A stretch of 64,000 nt of DNA, taken from assembly GCA_003973265.1 (NCBI GenBank), contig QNYZ01000036.1, positions 3,434 through 67,433 on the forward strand, written 5' to 3'. Below the pieces are notes generated by a model. The model saw only the letters and a program-made list of their open reading frames with translations, made no database searches and was not told the DNA's origin. The DNA comes from Deltaproteobacteria bacterium. Lineage in GTDB: Bacteria; Desulfobacterota; Desulfobacteria; Desulfobacterales; QNYZ01. The position numbers and the translations under genes were made by a program. Of the stretch, positions 9,980-19,952 are shown in pieces. Position 1 is the first letter of the stretch. Each line of letters opens with the position of its first letter.

Positions 9980-10840
9980 ATGAATCAGGTTCCGGAAAAA
10001 CGGGATCGGGATAATCCTGAGACAGCCCCGACTTCTCCGATTATGCTAAATGGCCGCCAGGCACCGGTTCGGCAGCGGCAGCAGGCAATTTTGAAACTCG
10101 TTCGGGATAAGGGATATGTAACCAACGAATCGTTGGCACGCCATTTTTCGGTGACCCCCCAGACCATTCGGCGCGATATTAATTCCCTGTGCGACAACGG
10201 CTGGCTGCAGCGCTACCATGGGGGCGCCGCCCCCGCGTCGAGCATTGAAAACGTGGCCTATAACGACCGGCGGATTATCTGCCTGGAAGAAAAACAGCGG
10301 ATCGGCGAGATGGTGGCTGCTCAGATTCCCGAAAAAGCCTCGCTTTTCATCAATATCGGCACCACCACTGAAGAGGTGGCCAAAGCGCTTTGCGGCCACC
10401 GCCACCTGCGGGTAATTACCAATAATATCAATGTGGCGGTTATTCTCAGCAAAAACGAAGATTTCGATATCATGGTCACCGGTGGAAAGATTCGCAACCG
10501 GGATTGCGCCCTGTCCGGCGAGGCCACCGTCGATTTTATCCGGCAGTTCAAGGTCGATTACGGGATCATCGGTATCAGTGGGATCGATTCGGACGGCTCG
10601 CTGATGGATTTCGATTATGGCGAAGTTCGGGCAGCCCGGACGATCATCGACAACTCGCGCCGGGTATTCCTGGTGGCCGATCATACCAAGTTCGGCCGCA
10701 AGGCCATGGTGCGTCTGGGCAATATGACCGAAATTGATGCCTTGTTTACCGACCGGGAGCCACCGGTACCCGTGGTGAAGATGATGAAAAACGCCGGCGG
10801 GCAGATCTATACAATCGAAAAATTGCCCCGGGGAAAATAG
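9980..10840 (+). CDS. glpR: DeoR-family glycerol-3-phosphate regulon repressor
   Basis: FSVTPQTIRRDIN HTH, SLFINIGTTTEEVA, ADHTKFGR. Located inside the glp cluster. Confidence 0.93.
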   Translation: MNQVPEKRDRDNPETAPTSPIMLNGRQAPVRQRQQAILKLVRDKGYVTNESLARHFSVTPQTIRRDINSLCDNGWLQRYHGGAAPASSIENVAYNDRRIICLEEKQRIGEMVAAQIPEKASLFINIGTTTEEVAKALCGHRHLRVITNNINVAVILSKNEDFDIMVTGGKIRNRDCALSGEATVDFIRQFKVDYGIIGISGIDSDGSLMDFDYGEVRAARTIIDNSRRVFLVADHTKFGRKAMVRLGNMTEIDALFTDREPPVPVVKMMKNAGGQIYTIEKLPRGK

Positions 10841-10856
10841 CGATAAAGAACATTCA

Positions 10857-10892
10857 GGGATTAATATTTTCGCTTGCGAAAATATTAATCCC
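10857..10892. promoter_or_regulatory. Perfect 17-2-17 inverted repeat containing a GlpR-like box (operator and/or hairpin)
   Basis: GGGATTAATATTTTCGC-TT-GCGAAAATATTAATCCC between glpR and glpS. Confidence 0.7.
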
Positions 10893-10963
10893 TTGGTATC
10901 TGTAAATACAGGGAACAAACACCTGAGGCGAACGCCATCGTATGCGAAAGGAAAGCCTTCCCC

Positions 10964-12037
10964 ATGGGTCTGACATTAAAAGATGTCGATAAGGTTGTCG
11001 GCCGGGAAATTTATCTGAAAGATATCAACCTGCATCTGGAGCCGGGTTCACGCAACGTCATCCTGGGGCGGACACTGGCCGGCAAAACCACGCTGCTGCG
11101 GATCATGGCCGGGCTGGACCGCCCCGGCCGGGGACGGATTCGGGTCGGTGAAAAAGACGTAACCGGCGTGTCGGTCCGCAAGCGCAACGTGGCCATGGTT
11201 TACCAGCAGTTTATCAACTACCCTTCCCTGTCTGTTTTTAATAATATTGCCTCACCTTTGAAGCTGGCCGGTCTGAAAAAAGATGAAATCAGCCGGCGCG
11301 TAAATGAAACCGCGGCGATGCTTCATATCGAGGACCTGCTCGACCGTCTTCCCGCCGAGCTTTCCGGCGGTCAGCAGCAGCGCGTGGCCATTGCCCGCGC
11401 CCTGGTCAGAGAAACCGACCTGCTGTTAATGGATGAACCACTGGTCAATCTCGACTATAAGCTCCGCGAAGAACTGCGAATCGAACTTCAGGAAATTTTC
11501 GTCCGGGGAAGGGCGATCGTGGTTTATACCACGACGGAACCGACCGAAGCCCTGATGCTGGGCGGAAATGTCATCGTCATGGATGAGGGCCGCATCCTTC
11601 AAACCGGTCCGACGCCGGAGGTATATCGCCATCCGGCATCGATCCGGGTGGCGGAAGTTTTCAGCGACCCCCCGATTAATTTTTTAAAGGGCACAGTGGC
11701 ATCCGGTTCCGTGCAGATCGGCGAGCGGATGACCATTCCCCTGCTGGGTCATTTGAGAGCGCTGGGCGATGGCGCTTATACGTTCGGCGCCCGTTCCAAC
11801 CACCTTTTCCTGACGCCGAACAACGAAGACGATGTTAAAATTCCGGCCAGGGTGGAATTAACGGAAATCAACGGGTCGGAAACCTTTATCCACGCCCGAT
11901 ATGATGACTTCAGGCTGGTGGTCCAGGAAAAGGGGGTTCGCCATGTGGCCATCGGGAGCGACATCGATATCTATGTCAATCCTGCCGGTTTTTTTGCCTA
12001 TGATGCCGACGGCATCCTGGCGGCGGCACCTGCGTAA
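10964..12037 (+). CDS. glpS: Glycerol ABC transporter ATP-binding subunit 1
   Basis: GRTLAGKTT Walker A variant, VAMVYQQFINYP, LSGGQQQR, DEPLVNLDYKLREELR; Rhizobium-type GlpS. Confidence 0.88.
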   Translation: MGLTLKDVDKVVGREIYLKDINLHLEPGSRNVILGRTLAGKTTLLRIMAGLDRPGRGRIRVGEKDVTGVSVRKRNVAMVYQQFINYPSLSVFNNIASPLKLAGLKKDEISRRVNETAAMLHIEDLLDRLPAELSGGQQQRVAIARALVRETDLLLMDEPLVNLDYKLREELRIELQEIFVRGRAIVVYTTTEPTEALMLGGNVIVMDEGRILQTGPTPEVYRHPASIRVAEVFSDPPINFLKGTVASGSVQIGERMTIPLLGHLRALGDGAYTFGARSNHLFLTPNNEDDVKIPARVELTEINGSETFIHARYDDFRLVVQEKGVRHVAIGSDIDIYVNPAGFFAYDADGILAAAPA

Positions 12038-12110
12038 GCGGTTTTTTGAAAAATAAAACCTTAAATTGAGCGAGAGAGAAATCGCGCCATTCAGCAGCAA
12101 GGAGATGGAA

Positions 12111-13199
12111 ATGGCTCGCATCGAGCTGAGTAAAATTGCCCACAGCTACCACCCGAACCCGGCGGAGCCGGCCGACTATGCCTTAAAGCGGATCCACACC
12201 GTCTGGAAAGACGGCGGTGCCTACGCGCTGTTGGGGCCGTCGGGCTGCGGGAAAACAACGCTGCTCAATATCATCTCCGGCCTGGTAACGCCCAGCCGGG
12301 GGCAGGTGCTTTACGATGATCGGGACGTCACCCCGCTGCCACCGGAAAAGCGGAATATCGCCCAGGTTTTCCAGTTTCCCGTCCTCTACGACACCATGTC
12401 GGTATACAATAATCTGGCGTTTCCCCTGCGAAACCGGAAGATGAGTGACGCCCGGATCAAAGAACGCGTCCTGGAAGTGGCCGACAGCCTTGATTTGACG
12501 CCTTTTCTTAATAAGAAGGCCGCCGGGCTGGCGGCGGATGCCAAGCAGAAAATTTCCCTGGGCCGAGGCCTGGTAAGAAGCGATGTGGCGGCGATTCTTT
12601 TTGATGAACCGCTGACGGTCATTGATCCCCAGATGAAATGGGAGCTGCGCCGCAAGCTCAAGGAGATCCACGAGCAACTCAAACTGACATTCATTTACGT
12701 AACCCATGATCAGACGGAAGCACTGACCTTTGCCGACCAGGTAGCGGTGATGTTTGAAGGGGAGATCGTCCAGCTCGGGTCCCCTCAGGATCTTTTCGAA
12801 AATCCCGAACATCGGTTCGTCGGCTATTTCATCGGCAGCCCGGGAATGAATTTTCTAAAATGCACGATCGAGGGAGCCAGCGCGCACATCGACGGCGCCG
12901 GCTGCATCGAACTTGCACCGGAAATCGCCGAAAAGGGACGAAAGGCCGATGGAAAACTGGAGATCGGCATCCGGCCCATGTACCTTAAGATTCACACCCG
13001 CTGGACCAAAGGCATGCTCAAGGCCGGAGTGAAAGGGGTTGAGGATCTGGGTAGTTACCGGATTGTCACCCTGGATGTGGCCGGAAGAACGTTAAAGGCC
13101 ATGCTCTCCGAGAGCGAAGCCGTACCCGAAGGAACGGTGGGCGTTTCTTTTCCCCGCCAGTGGATCCGGCTGTTCGAAGATGGCTGGTTAATCAAATAA
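12111..13199 (+). CDS. glpT: Glycerol ABC transporter ATP-binding subunit 2 (Rhizobium GlpT type, not the MFS GlpT)
   Basis: GAYALLGPSGCGKTT, AQVFQFPV, QKISLGRGLVR, DEPLTVIDP. Confidence 0.85.
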   Translation: MARIELSKIAHSYHPNPAEPADYALKRIHTVWKDGGAYALLGPSGCGKTTLLNIISGLVTPSRGQVLYDDRDVTPLPPEKRNIAQVFQFPVLYDTMSVYNNLAFPLRNRKMSDARIKERVLEVADSLDLTPFLNKKAAGLAADAKQKISLGRGLVRSDVAAILFDEPLTVIDPQMKWELRRKLKEIHEQLKLTFIYVTHDQTEALTFADQVAVMFEGEIVQLGSPQDLFENPEHRFVGYFIGSPGMNFLKCTIEGASAHIDGAGCIELAPEIAEKGRKADGKLEIGIRPMYLKIHTRWTKGMLKAGVKGVEDLGSYRIVTLDVAGRTLKAMLSESEAVPEGTVGVSFPRQWIRLFEDGWLIK

Positions 13200-13211
13200 A
13201 GGAGTCAATGC

Positions 13212-14087
13212 ATGGAGAAATGGCCCGATAACAAGGCCTGGCTGCTGGTATTGCCGGTGTTTGTCATTGTTGCCTTCAGTGCCATCATACCGCTGTTAAC
13301 CGTGATCAACTATTCGGTTCAGGATATCTTCGGACCGGGGCAGAGCGTATTTGTCGGGGTCGACTGGTTCCGGGAAATGCTGCAGGACTACCGGTTGCGC
13401 GAAGCCCTCTGGCGGCAGTTTCTCTTTTCCGGCCTTGTCCTGATTATCGAGATCCCGCTGGGCGTGCTCATCGCCCTGGCCATGCCGAAACGGGGGTGGA
13501 AAGCCTCGGCTGCGCTGGTCACCCTGGCATTACCGCTGCTGATTCCCTGGAATACCATCGGTACGATCTGGATTATTTTCACCCGTCCGGATATCGGTCT
13601 GCTGGGTGCCGTAATCAACAATCTGCTGGGCATCCCGTTTGACCATACGGCCAGCCCTCTTGATGCATGGATTACGGTGATGCTGATGGAAGTCTGGCAC
13701 TGGACCCCGCTGGTCGCCCTGCTGGCCTATTCGGGATTGCGTGCCATCCCGGAAGCATACTACCAGGCCGCCCGGATTGACGGCGCCTCCGCCTGGTCTA
13801 CTTTTTTGTATGTCCAGCTCCCCAAGATGCGGGGCGTCTTAACCATCGCTTTTCTGCTCCGCTTTATGGACAGCTTTCTGATTTACGCGGAACCGTTTGT
13901 TCTAACGGGGGGCGGACCCGGAAATTCAACGACCTTTCTCTCCCTCTACCTGGTCAAAATTGCCCTGCTGCAGTTTGACCTGGGGCCGGGCGCGGCATTT
14001 TCGCTGATCTACTTTATCATCGTTCTGCTGTTCAGTTTCATCTTTTATCAGGCCCTGCAACGTGTCGGCAAAGGAGAAACCGTATGA
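13212..14087 (+). CDS. glpP: Glycerol ABC transporter permease 1
   Basis: NKAWLLVLPV..VAFSAIIPL, VWHWTPLV, EAA loop YQAARIDGAS. Confidence 0.85.
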   Translation: MEKWPDNKAWLLVLPVFVIVAFSAIIPLLTVINYSVQDIFGPGQSVFVGVDWFREMLQDYRLREALWRQFLFSGLVLIIEIPLGVLIALAMPKRGWKASAALVTLALPLLIPWNTIGTIWIIFTRPDIGLLGAVINNLLGIPFDHTASPLDAWITVMLMEVWHWTPLVALLAYSGLRAIPEAYYQAARIDGASAWSTFLYVQLPKMRGVLTIAFLLRFMDSFLIYAEPFVLTGGGPGNSTTFLSLYLVKIALLQFDLGPGAAFSLIYFIIVLLFSFIFYQALQRVGKGETV

Positions 14088-14887
14088 AAGTAAGGAAACG
14101 AAGCATCGCTCTGGGCATCTACTATTTCCTTTTGCTGCTGCCGATTTACTGGATGCTCAACATGTCTTTGCGGACCAACGCCAGTATCCTGGCTACGTTC
14201 TCGCTTTTTCCCACCGACTTCACGTTGGAAAACTATATCAAAATTTTCACCGACGCATCCTGGTACATGGGATATGTCAATGCAATTATCTATGTCGGTA
14301 TGAACACGGTCATTTCCCTGACCGTGGCCCTGCCGGCGGCCTACGCGTTTTCCCGCTACCAGTTTGTCGGCGACAAACAGATGTTTTTCTGGCTGCTGAC
14401 CAACCGCATGGCGCCGGCGGCGGTTTTTGCACTCCCTTTTTTCCAGCTCTACTCCTCGGTGGGTCTGCTCGATACGCATATCGCGGTAGCGCTGGCCCAT
14501 TGTCTGTTTAACGTGCCGCTCTCCGTCTGGATCCTCGAGGGGTTCATGTCGGGGGTTCCCAGGGAGATAGATGAGACCGCCTTTATCGACGGGTACAGTC
14601 TTCCCCGGTTTTTTATCACGATCTTTATTCCACTGATCAAAGCCGGGGTCGGCGTAACGGCTTTTTTCTGCTTCATGTTCAGCTGGGTGGAACTGCTTCT
14701 GGCCCGAACCCTGACGGTGACCAACGCCAAACCGATCTCGGCCATCATGACGCGTACCATCAGCGCCACCGGGCTGGACTATGGCCTGCTGGCCGCCGCC
14801 GGTATTCTGACGATTCTACCGGGAGCGCTGGTCATCTGGTTTGTGCGCAATTATATGGCCAAGGGATTTGCCCTGGGAAGGGTGTAG
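14084..14887 (+). CDS. glpQ: Glycerol ABC transporter permease 2
   Basis: FFWLLTNRMAPAAVF, EIDETAFIDG, C-terminal AKGFALGRV. Confidence 0.87.
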   Translation: MKVRKRSIALGIYYFLLLLPIYWMLNMSLRTNASILATFSLFPTDFTLENYIKIFTDASWYMGYVNAIIYVGMNTVISLTVALPAAYAFSRYQFVGDKQMFFWLLTNRMAPAAVFALPFFQLYSSVGLLDTHIAVALAHCLFNVPLSVWILEGFMSGVPREIDETAFIDGYSLPRFFITIFIPLIKAGVGVTAFFCFMFSWVELLLARTLTVTNAKPISAIMTRTISATGLDYGLLAAAGILTILPGALVIWFVRNYMAKGFALGRV

Positions 14888-15001
14888 GGATTGGTGGCTG
14901 AAGTATCTCAAATAACACGCAGATCACAATTGTAATTAAAGTATTAACAGCACAAAACGATTTCCGGAAACAGGAAATCGTCAATTAAAGGGGTTTTCAC
15001 G

Positions 15002-15286
15002 ATGACGTTCACTTTGAAATGGATGGAATGGACCTTACCGACGGCGATTTTCTGCGGGACAATTTTTTTGACCGTAATCGCTATGACAATCTGGCAGACG
15101 GTATCGCCCTCCATGGAACGCCGTGGGTTTTTACCGATCCCGACGACACCGGGTGACCGGCTCTTTATCGGCATCCTGTCGAGCTGTTACCTTTTCCTGG
15201 CCTGGGTCGGATTCACCCAATGGAATCTCTGGGTTCTGCCCGCCATTATTCTCTGCTGGATTCTGGTGGTAATGCGCTGGGGGTAA
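15002..15286 (+). CDS. glpU: DUF2160 small membrane protein of the glycerol transporter
   Basis: WMEWTLPTAIF..RRGFLPIPTTPGDRLFI; position matches glpSTPQUV. Confidence 0.85.
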   Translation: MTFTLKWMEWTLPTAIFCGTIFLTVIAMTIWQTVSPSMERRGFLPIPTTPGDRLFIGILSSCYLFLAWVGFTQWNLWVLPAIILCWILVVMRWG

Positions 15287-15406
15287 GGACGATGAACAAG
15301 ACGATTTTTCCAGGGATATATCTGCCGGTGTCTGTGGGCCTTCGCACCGGCTATATTTTCCTGGGCGTAAAAAAACAACGATTGAAGGCCTAGAGGAGGT
15401 GACCCC

Positions 15407-17155
15407 ATGCGTGGGAAATTATTAAAGAAAGCAGGTCGGATAGTGTTCATGGGCGCCATGCTGGCGGCGATGATCGGGTTCCTTGCCGGGCCGGTGAATG
15501 CGGATATGGCGGCCGCAAAGAAATGGGTAAACGACGAATTTCAGCCGTCGACCCTGACCAAGGCAGAACAGATGAAGGAGATGGAGTGGTTTATCAAAGC
15601 CGCCGAACCGTTTAAAGGTATGCATATCAAGGTGGTATCGGAAACCATACCGACCCACGAGTACGAATCCAAAGTGCTGGCCAAGGCGTTTGAAGAGATT
15701 ACCGGAATCAAGGTTTCCCATGACCTCATCCAGGAAGGGGACGTCATCGAGAAGCTGCAGACCCAGTGGGCATCAGGAAAGAACATCTACGATGCCTACA
15801 TCAACGATTCCGACCTGATCGGCACTCACTGGCGGTATGATTTCGTGGTTCCCCTAAGCGATTTCATGGCCGGCGAAGGCAAGGACGTGACGCTTCCGAC
15901 CCTGGACGTCGATGACTTTATCGGGAAATCGTTTACCACCGGACCGGACGGCAAGCTCTACCAGCTTCCCGATCAGCAGTTCGCCAATCTCTACTGGTTC
16001 CGGTATGACTGGTTTAAACGGCCGGATTTCAAAAAGCAGTTTAAAGAAATCTACGGGTACGAGCTGGGCGTTCCGGTTAACTGGTCGGCCTATGAAGATA
16101 TCGCCGATTTTTTTACCAACCATGTCAAGGAAATCGACGGGAAACGGGTCTACGGGCATAACGACTATGGCAAGAAAGCCCCGGATCTGGGATGGCGGTT
16201 TACCGATGCCTGGCTCTCCATGGCCGGTGCCGGTGACAAAGGACTTCCCAATGGCAAGCCGGTGGACGAATGGGGCATCCGGGTCGATGAAAACGACCGG
16301 CCTGTGGGCTCCAGTGTCTCCAGGGGCGGTGCGGCCAACGGTCCCGCGGCCAAGTACGCACTCCGGAAATATATGGAATGGCTCCGCAAATACGCACCGC
16401 CGGGCACGCTCGGAATGGATTTTTATACCTACCTGCCGTTTCTGGCCAAGGGTAACGTGGCTCAGCAGATTTTCTGGTACACGGCCTTTACCGCCACCAT
16501 GGTTAAACCGGGCCCCACGGTTAACGAAGACGGCACCCCCAAATGGCGGATGGCGCCCTCACCCCATGGCCCCTACTGGGAAAAAGGGATGAAACTGGGG
16601 TATCAGGATTGCGGTTCATGGACACTGTTTAAAAGCACCCCCCTGAAGCGCCGCAAGGCGGCATGGCTCTATGCGCAATTCTGTGTCGCCAAGACCACGT
16701 CGCTCAAAAAGAGTCACGTTGGGCTGACGATCATCCGGGAAAGCGATATTCAGGACGAATCTTTCACCAAACGGGCACCCAAGCTCGGCGGGCTGGTAGA
16801 ATTCTACCGCAGTCCGGCGCGGGTGGCCTGGACGCCGACCGGTACCAACGTGCCGGACTATCCGAAACTGGCCCAGTTGTGGTGGCAGAATATCGGTGAG
16901 GCGGTTTCCGGTGAAGTGACCGTCGATCGGGCCATGGATAATCTGGCCCGGGAGCAGGACAAGGTCATGGCGCGGATTGAACGCTCCGGCGTTCAGGGGA
17001 ACAAGGGACCCAAGCTGAACAAAGAGAAAGATCCCTCTTACTGGCTGAAGCAACCGGGTTCGCCCAAGGCGAAGCTTGCCAATGAGAAACCCAAAGGCCA
17101 GACTATTGACTACGACAAGTTGATTCAGGCCTGGCGCGAGGGGCGGGTTCAGTAA
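15407..17155 (+). CDS. glpV: Glycerol ABC transporter substrate-binding protein
   Basis: Signal peptide; VVSETIPTHEYES, LPDQQFANLYWFR, WTPTGTNVPDYPKLAQLWW; GGAGG RBS. Confidence 0.9.
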   Translation: MRGKLLKKAGRIVFMGAMLAAMIGFLAGPVNADMAAAKKWVNDEFQPSTLTKAEQMKEMEWFIKAAEPFKGMHIKVVSETIPTHEYESKVLAKAFEEITGIKVSHDLIQEGDVIEKLQTQWASGKNIYDAYINDSDLIGTHWRYDFVVPLSDFMAGEGKDVTLPTLDVDDFIGKSFTTGPDGKLYQLPDQQFANLYWFRYDWFKRPDFKKQFKEIYGYELGVPVNWSAYEDIADFFTNHVKEIDGKRVYGHNDYGKKAPDLGWRFTDAWLSMAGAGDKGLPNGKPVDEWGIRVDENDRPVGSSVSRGGAANGPAAKYALRKYMEWLRKYAPPGTLGMDFYTYLPFLAKGNVAQQIFWYTAFTATMVKPGPTVNEDGTPKWRMAPSPHGPYWEKGMKLGYQDCGSWTLFKSTPLKRRKAAWLYAQFCVAKTTSLKKSHVGLTIIRESDIQDESFTKRAPKLGGLVEFYRSPARVAWTPTGTNVPDYPKLAQLWWQNIGEAVSGEVTVDRAMDNLAREQDKVMARIERSGVQGNKGPKLNKEKDPSYWLKQPGSPKAKLANEKPKGQTIDYDKLIQAWREGRVQ

Positions 17156-17183
17156 CCGTTGGAATTGTAACTTTTCAAAAAAC

Positions 17184-17214
17184 AAAGGGTGGTTCCGCAA
17201 GGGGCCGCCCTTTC
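17184..17214 (+). terminator. Hairpin terminator after glpV
   Basis: AAAGGGTGGTTCC-GCAA-GGGGCCGCCCTTT stem (with GU pairs) and a GNRA loop. Confidence 0.65.
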
Positions 17215-17269
17215 TGCCTAGGGCAAAAAACAGTATGCAGCTTCAACATATCAGCCGTATCCACGACCA

Positions 17270-17566
17270 ATCCTTCCTCATCGACGCCTTTGTTCATGAT
17301 GATCCGGATCAACGCACGCTGGCAACATTGATCGATCACGTGGATCGGGTGGGGATTGACCATGTGGGCATCGGCCTTGACCTGTGCGACCATGTCAACG
17401 ACTACCATCACACCCCAAAGCGTTCGTTACCCGTGATCTCATCCCGGATCATGGCCACCTGGTCGATATCACGGCCGGATTAATTGAACGGGGATATACG
17501 GACGACGATATCATGGCCATCCTTGGCGGTAATTTTCGCCGTGTTTTTACGCAAATTAGCGGATAG
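17270..17566 (+). pseudogene. C-terminal remnant of a membrane dipeptidase (peptidase M19), frameshifted
   Basis: LIDHVDRVGIDHVGIGLD in one frame continues as DITAGLIERGYTDDDIMAILGGNFRRVF in another; shift near 17415; N-terminal two-thirds absent. Confidence 0.8.
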
Positions 17567-17711
17567 TCCGATCCTTTATCTGTGACCGGAAAAGATTCGG
17601 TTCAACGACCGATTCTTGACTAATGACCGGATAACCGCTATCTCCTTGATGCACAAAGATGAAACGAGACATCATGGAAATCGAATTGACGAAACACAAA
17701 AGGAGGATGTT

Positions 17712-18938
17712 ATGAAGATGAACAAGCGATTGCCGGTGGTTTTCGTCGCAATCTTGTTAATGGGCCTGGTTTTTGCGCCCCTGGCGCCGGCCGCGACGCC
17801 GGTAAAAATCGGATTTGTCTACATCATGTCCGGACCGTTTTCCGCCTATGGCCAATTTGCCAAAAAAGGTGCCGAACTGGCCGTGGCTGAAATCAACGCG
17901 GCCGGCGGAATCAACGGCCATCCGGTGGAGGCCTATTTCGAAGATTCAACCGGGAAACCGGATGTCGCCATCCGCGCCTTTCGCAAACTGGTCTTCCAGG
18001 AGAAGGTTAACTATCTCATCGGACTTGATTCAAGCGGCGTGGCCAAAACGGTAGTCCCCTCGATCCCCCAGATGAAAACCCCCCTGATTATCACCCATGC
18101 CGCCACCCCGGATGTCACGGGCAGCGTGTGTAACCGGTATGTGTTTCGGATTTCGGTCAATCTTGCCCAGAATGTGAAGGCCGCTTCGCTTCTGGCCGCT
18201 GAAACCGGCGCCACGACCTGGACCACCGTGGGACCGGATTATGCCTTCGGTCACCAGTCGTGGGAATACTTTGAAAAATATTTAAAGGCGATCAAGCCTG
18301 GCATGACTTTTCTGCCCAAGGATGAAGTGGCCTTTCCGCCTTTTAAAACAACGGATTTCAGCCCGTATATCAACAAGGTCATGCAGTCCAAAGCCGATGG
18401 TGTTCTGGTCTCCCTGTGGGGCGGCAACCTGATCGATTTTGTTCGCCAGGGCAAGGAAATGGGGCTGTTCAACGGCAAAAAACAGATCCTGATTACCCTG
18501 GGCGCGGCTGTCGAGGTGCTGGGCGCCCTGAAAGACAAAATGCCCGAGGGCCTCTGGGTCGGTACCCGCTACTGGTTTCTGGCCAATGATTCGGCCCGCA
18601 ACACGGCCTTTGTCAAGGCCTACCATGACCGGTACGGCGAATACCCCTCCTACAACGCCCACGGGGCCTACGGCGCGGTTTATACGTATAAAGCCGCCGC
18701 CGAAAAAGCCGGTTCCATTGACAAGGAAAAAATCATCGATGCCCTCGAGGGTCTGACCGTGGAACTTCCCGTGGGCAAGATCACCATCCGCCCCGAAGAT
18801 CATCAGGCCCTGACCGATGCCTGCTGGGGAAAAACCGCCGCGGATCCCGCCTACCCGATCCGGGTGCTGAAGCCGATCAAGATATTCAAGGCCGCGGATG
18901 TTACCCCGTCTGTGACAGACGCCGGGTGTAAGAAATAA
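17712..18938 (+). CDS. LIV/HAAT-family ABC transporter substrate-binding protein
   Basis: AGGAGG RBS, signal peptide, KIGFVYIMSGPF, EINAAGGING, DYAFG. Confidence 0.9.
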   Translation: MKMNKRLPVVFVAILLMGLVFAPLAPAATPVKIGFVYIMSGPFSAYGQFAKKGAELAVAEINAAGGINGHPVEAYFEDSTGKPDVAIRAFRKLVFQEKVNYLIGLDSSGVAKTVVPSIPQMKTPLIITHAATPDVTGSVCNRYVFRISVNLAQNVKAASLLAAETGATTWTTVGPDYAFGHQSWEYFEKYLKAIKPGMTFLPKDEVAFPPFKTTDFSPYINKVMQSKADGVLVSLWGGNLIDFVRQGKEMGLFNGKKQILITLGAAVEVLGALKDKMPEGLWVGTRYWFLANDSARNTAFVKAYHDRYGEYPSYNAHGAYGAVYTYKAAAEKAGSIDKEKIIDALEGLTVELPVGKITIRPEDHQALTDACWGKTAADPAYPIRVLKPIKIFKAADVTPSVTDAGCKK

Positions 18939-18973
18939 TCATCACCGGAGGGTCATCATCCGCTGGTTGCCCG

Positions 18974-19006
18974 CTTGCGTCCCTCTTTTTCCCGGGGGGA
19001 CGCAAG
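18974..19006 (+). other. Intercistronic hairpin after the SBP gene
   Basis: CTTGCGTCCCTC..GGGGGACGCAAG stem. Confidence 0.55.
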
Positions 19007-19089
19007 GTGGTATGCTTAGTGGTGAATCATGCGCCTGTCCATTGATTTGCCGGTGGGAAACGGCGCTGCAGACGAAGAAACACGCATAA

Positions 19090-19950
19090 ATGGAAAGCTT
19101 TATCATTAACCTGCTCAACGGGCTCAGCTGGGGGATGCTCCTCTTTCTGATCTCCGTGGGGCTGACCACCGTTTTCGGCGTATTGGGCGTGCTCAACTTC
19201 GCCCATGGGTCGTTTTTCATGCTCGGCGCCTATCTGTGCATGCAGGTAATGCATATTGTCCCGTCTTTCTGGGTCGGTCTGCTCGTCGGCCCCCTGGTGG
19301 TGGCGCTGTTGGCGGCGCTGGTCGAAAAACAACTGCTCCGGCGGGTGTATGGCCGCGATATCGCCTTCCAGCTCTTGCTGACCTTTGCCATTTTACTGGT
19401 ACTCGACGACGGCGTTCGGATTATCTGGGGACCGGGTTACCACGTGGTAGAGCCGCCGGCAGTGCTGGCCGGCGTGTTTTCCCTGTTTGACAATACCTAT
19501 CCGATCTACCGACTATTCCTTGTTTTTGCCGGACCGGTCATCGGCCTGATGCTCTGGGCTTTTTTCCGATTCAGTCGCTGGGGGAAACGCATCCGGGCAG
19601 CCGCCATGGATCCGGAAATGGCCGAGGGTATCGGCATCCGGGTGCCGCTTTTGTTTACTGCCGTTTTTGCCCTGGGATGCTGGCTGGCCGGCATGGGTGG
19701 CGCCCTGGCCGCGCCCCATCAGAGCCTGGCCCCTGCCATGGGCGAACGGATCATTATCGAAAGTTTCATCGTTGTGGTGGCCGGCGGTATGGGGAGTTTT
19801 CCCGGGGCATTTATCGGCGCCCTGGCCCTGGGACTGTTCGAATCTTTTGGTACCGTTTTTCTCGGCCGTGTGCAGATGGCCATTCCCTATATTGTCCTGG
19901 CAGCGGTTTTGCTGATCCGGCCCCGGGGCCTGTTTGGGCAGGAGGACTGA
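19090..19950 (+). CDS. LIV-type ABC permease (LivH-like)
   Basis: GVLNFAHGSFFMLGAY; RPRGLFG. Confidence 0.9.
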   Translation: MESFIINLLNGLSWGMLLFLISVGLTTVFGVLGVLNFAHGSFFMLGAYLCMQVMHIVPSFWVGLLVGPLVVALLAALVEKQLLRRVYGRDIAFQLLLTFAILLVLDDGVRIIWGPGYHVVEPPAVLAGVFSLFDNTYPIYRLFLVFAGPVIGLMLWAFFRFSRWGKRIRAAAMDPEMAEGIGIRVPLLFTAVFALGCWLAGMGGALAAPHQSLAPAMGERIIIESFIVVVAGGMGSFPGAFIGALALGLFESFGTVFLGRVQMAIPYIVLAAVLLIRPRGLFGQED

Positions 19951-19952
19951 AG

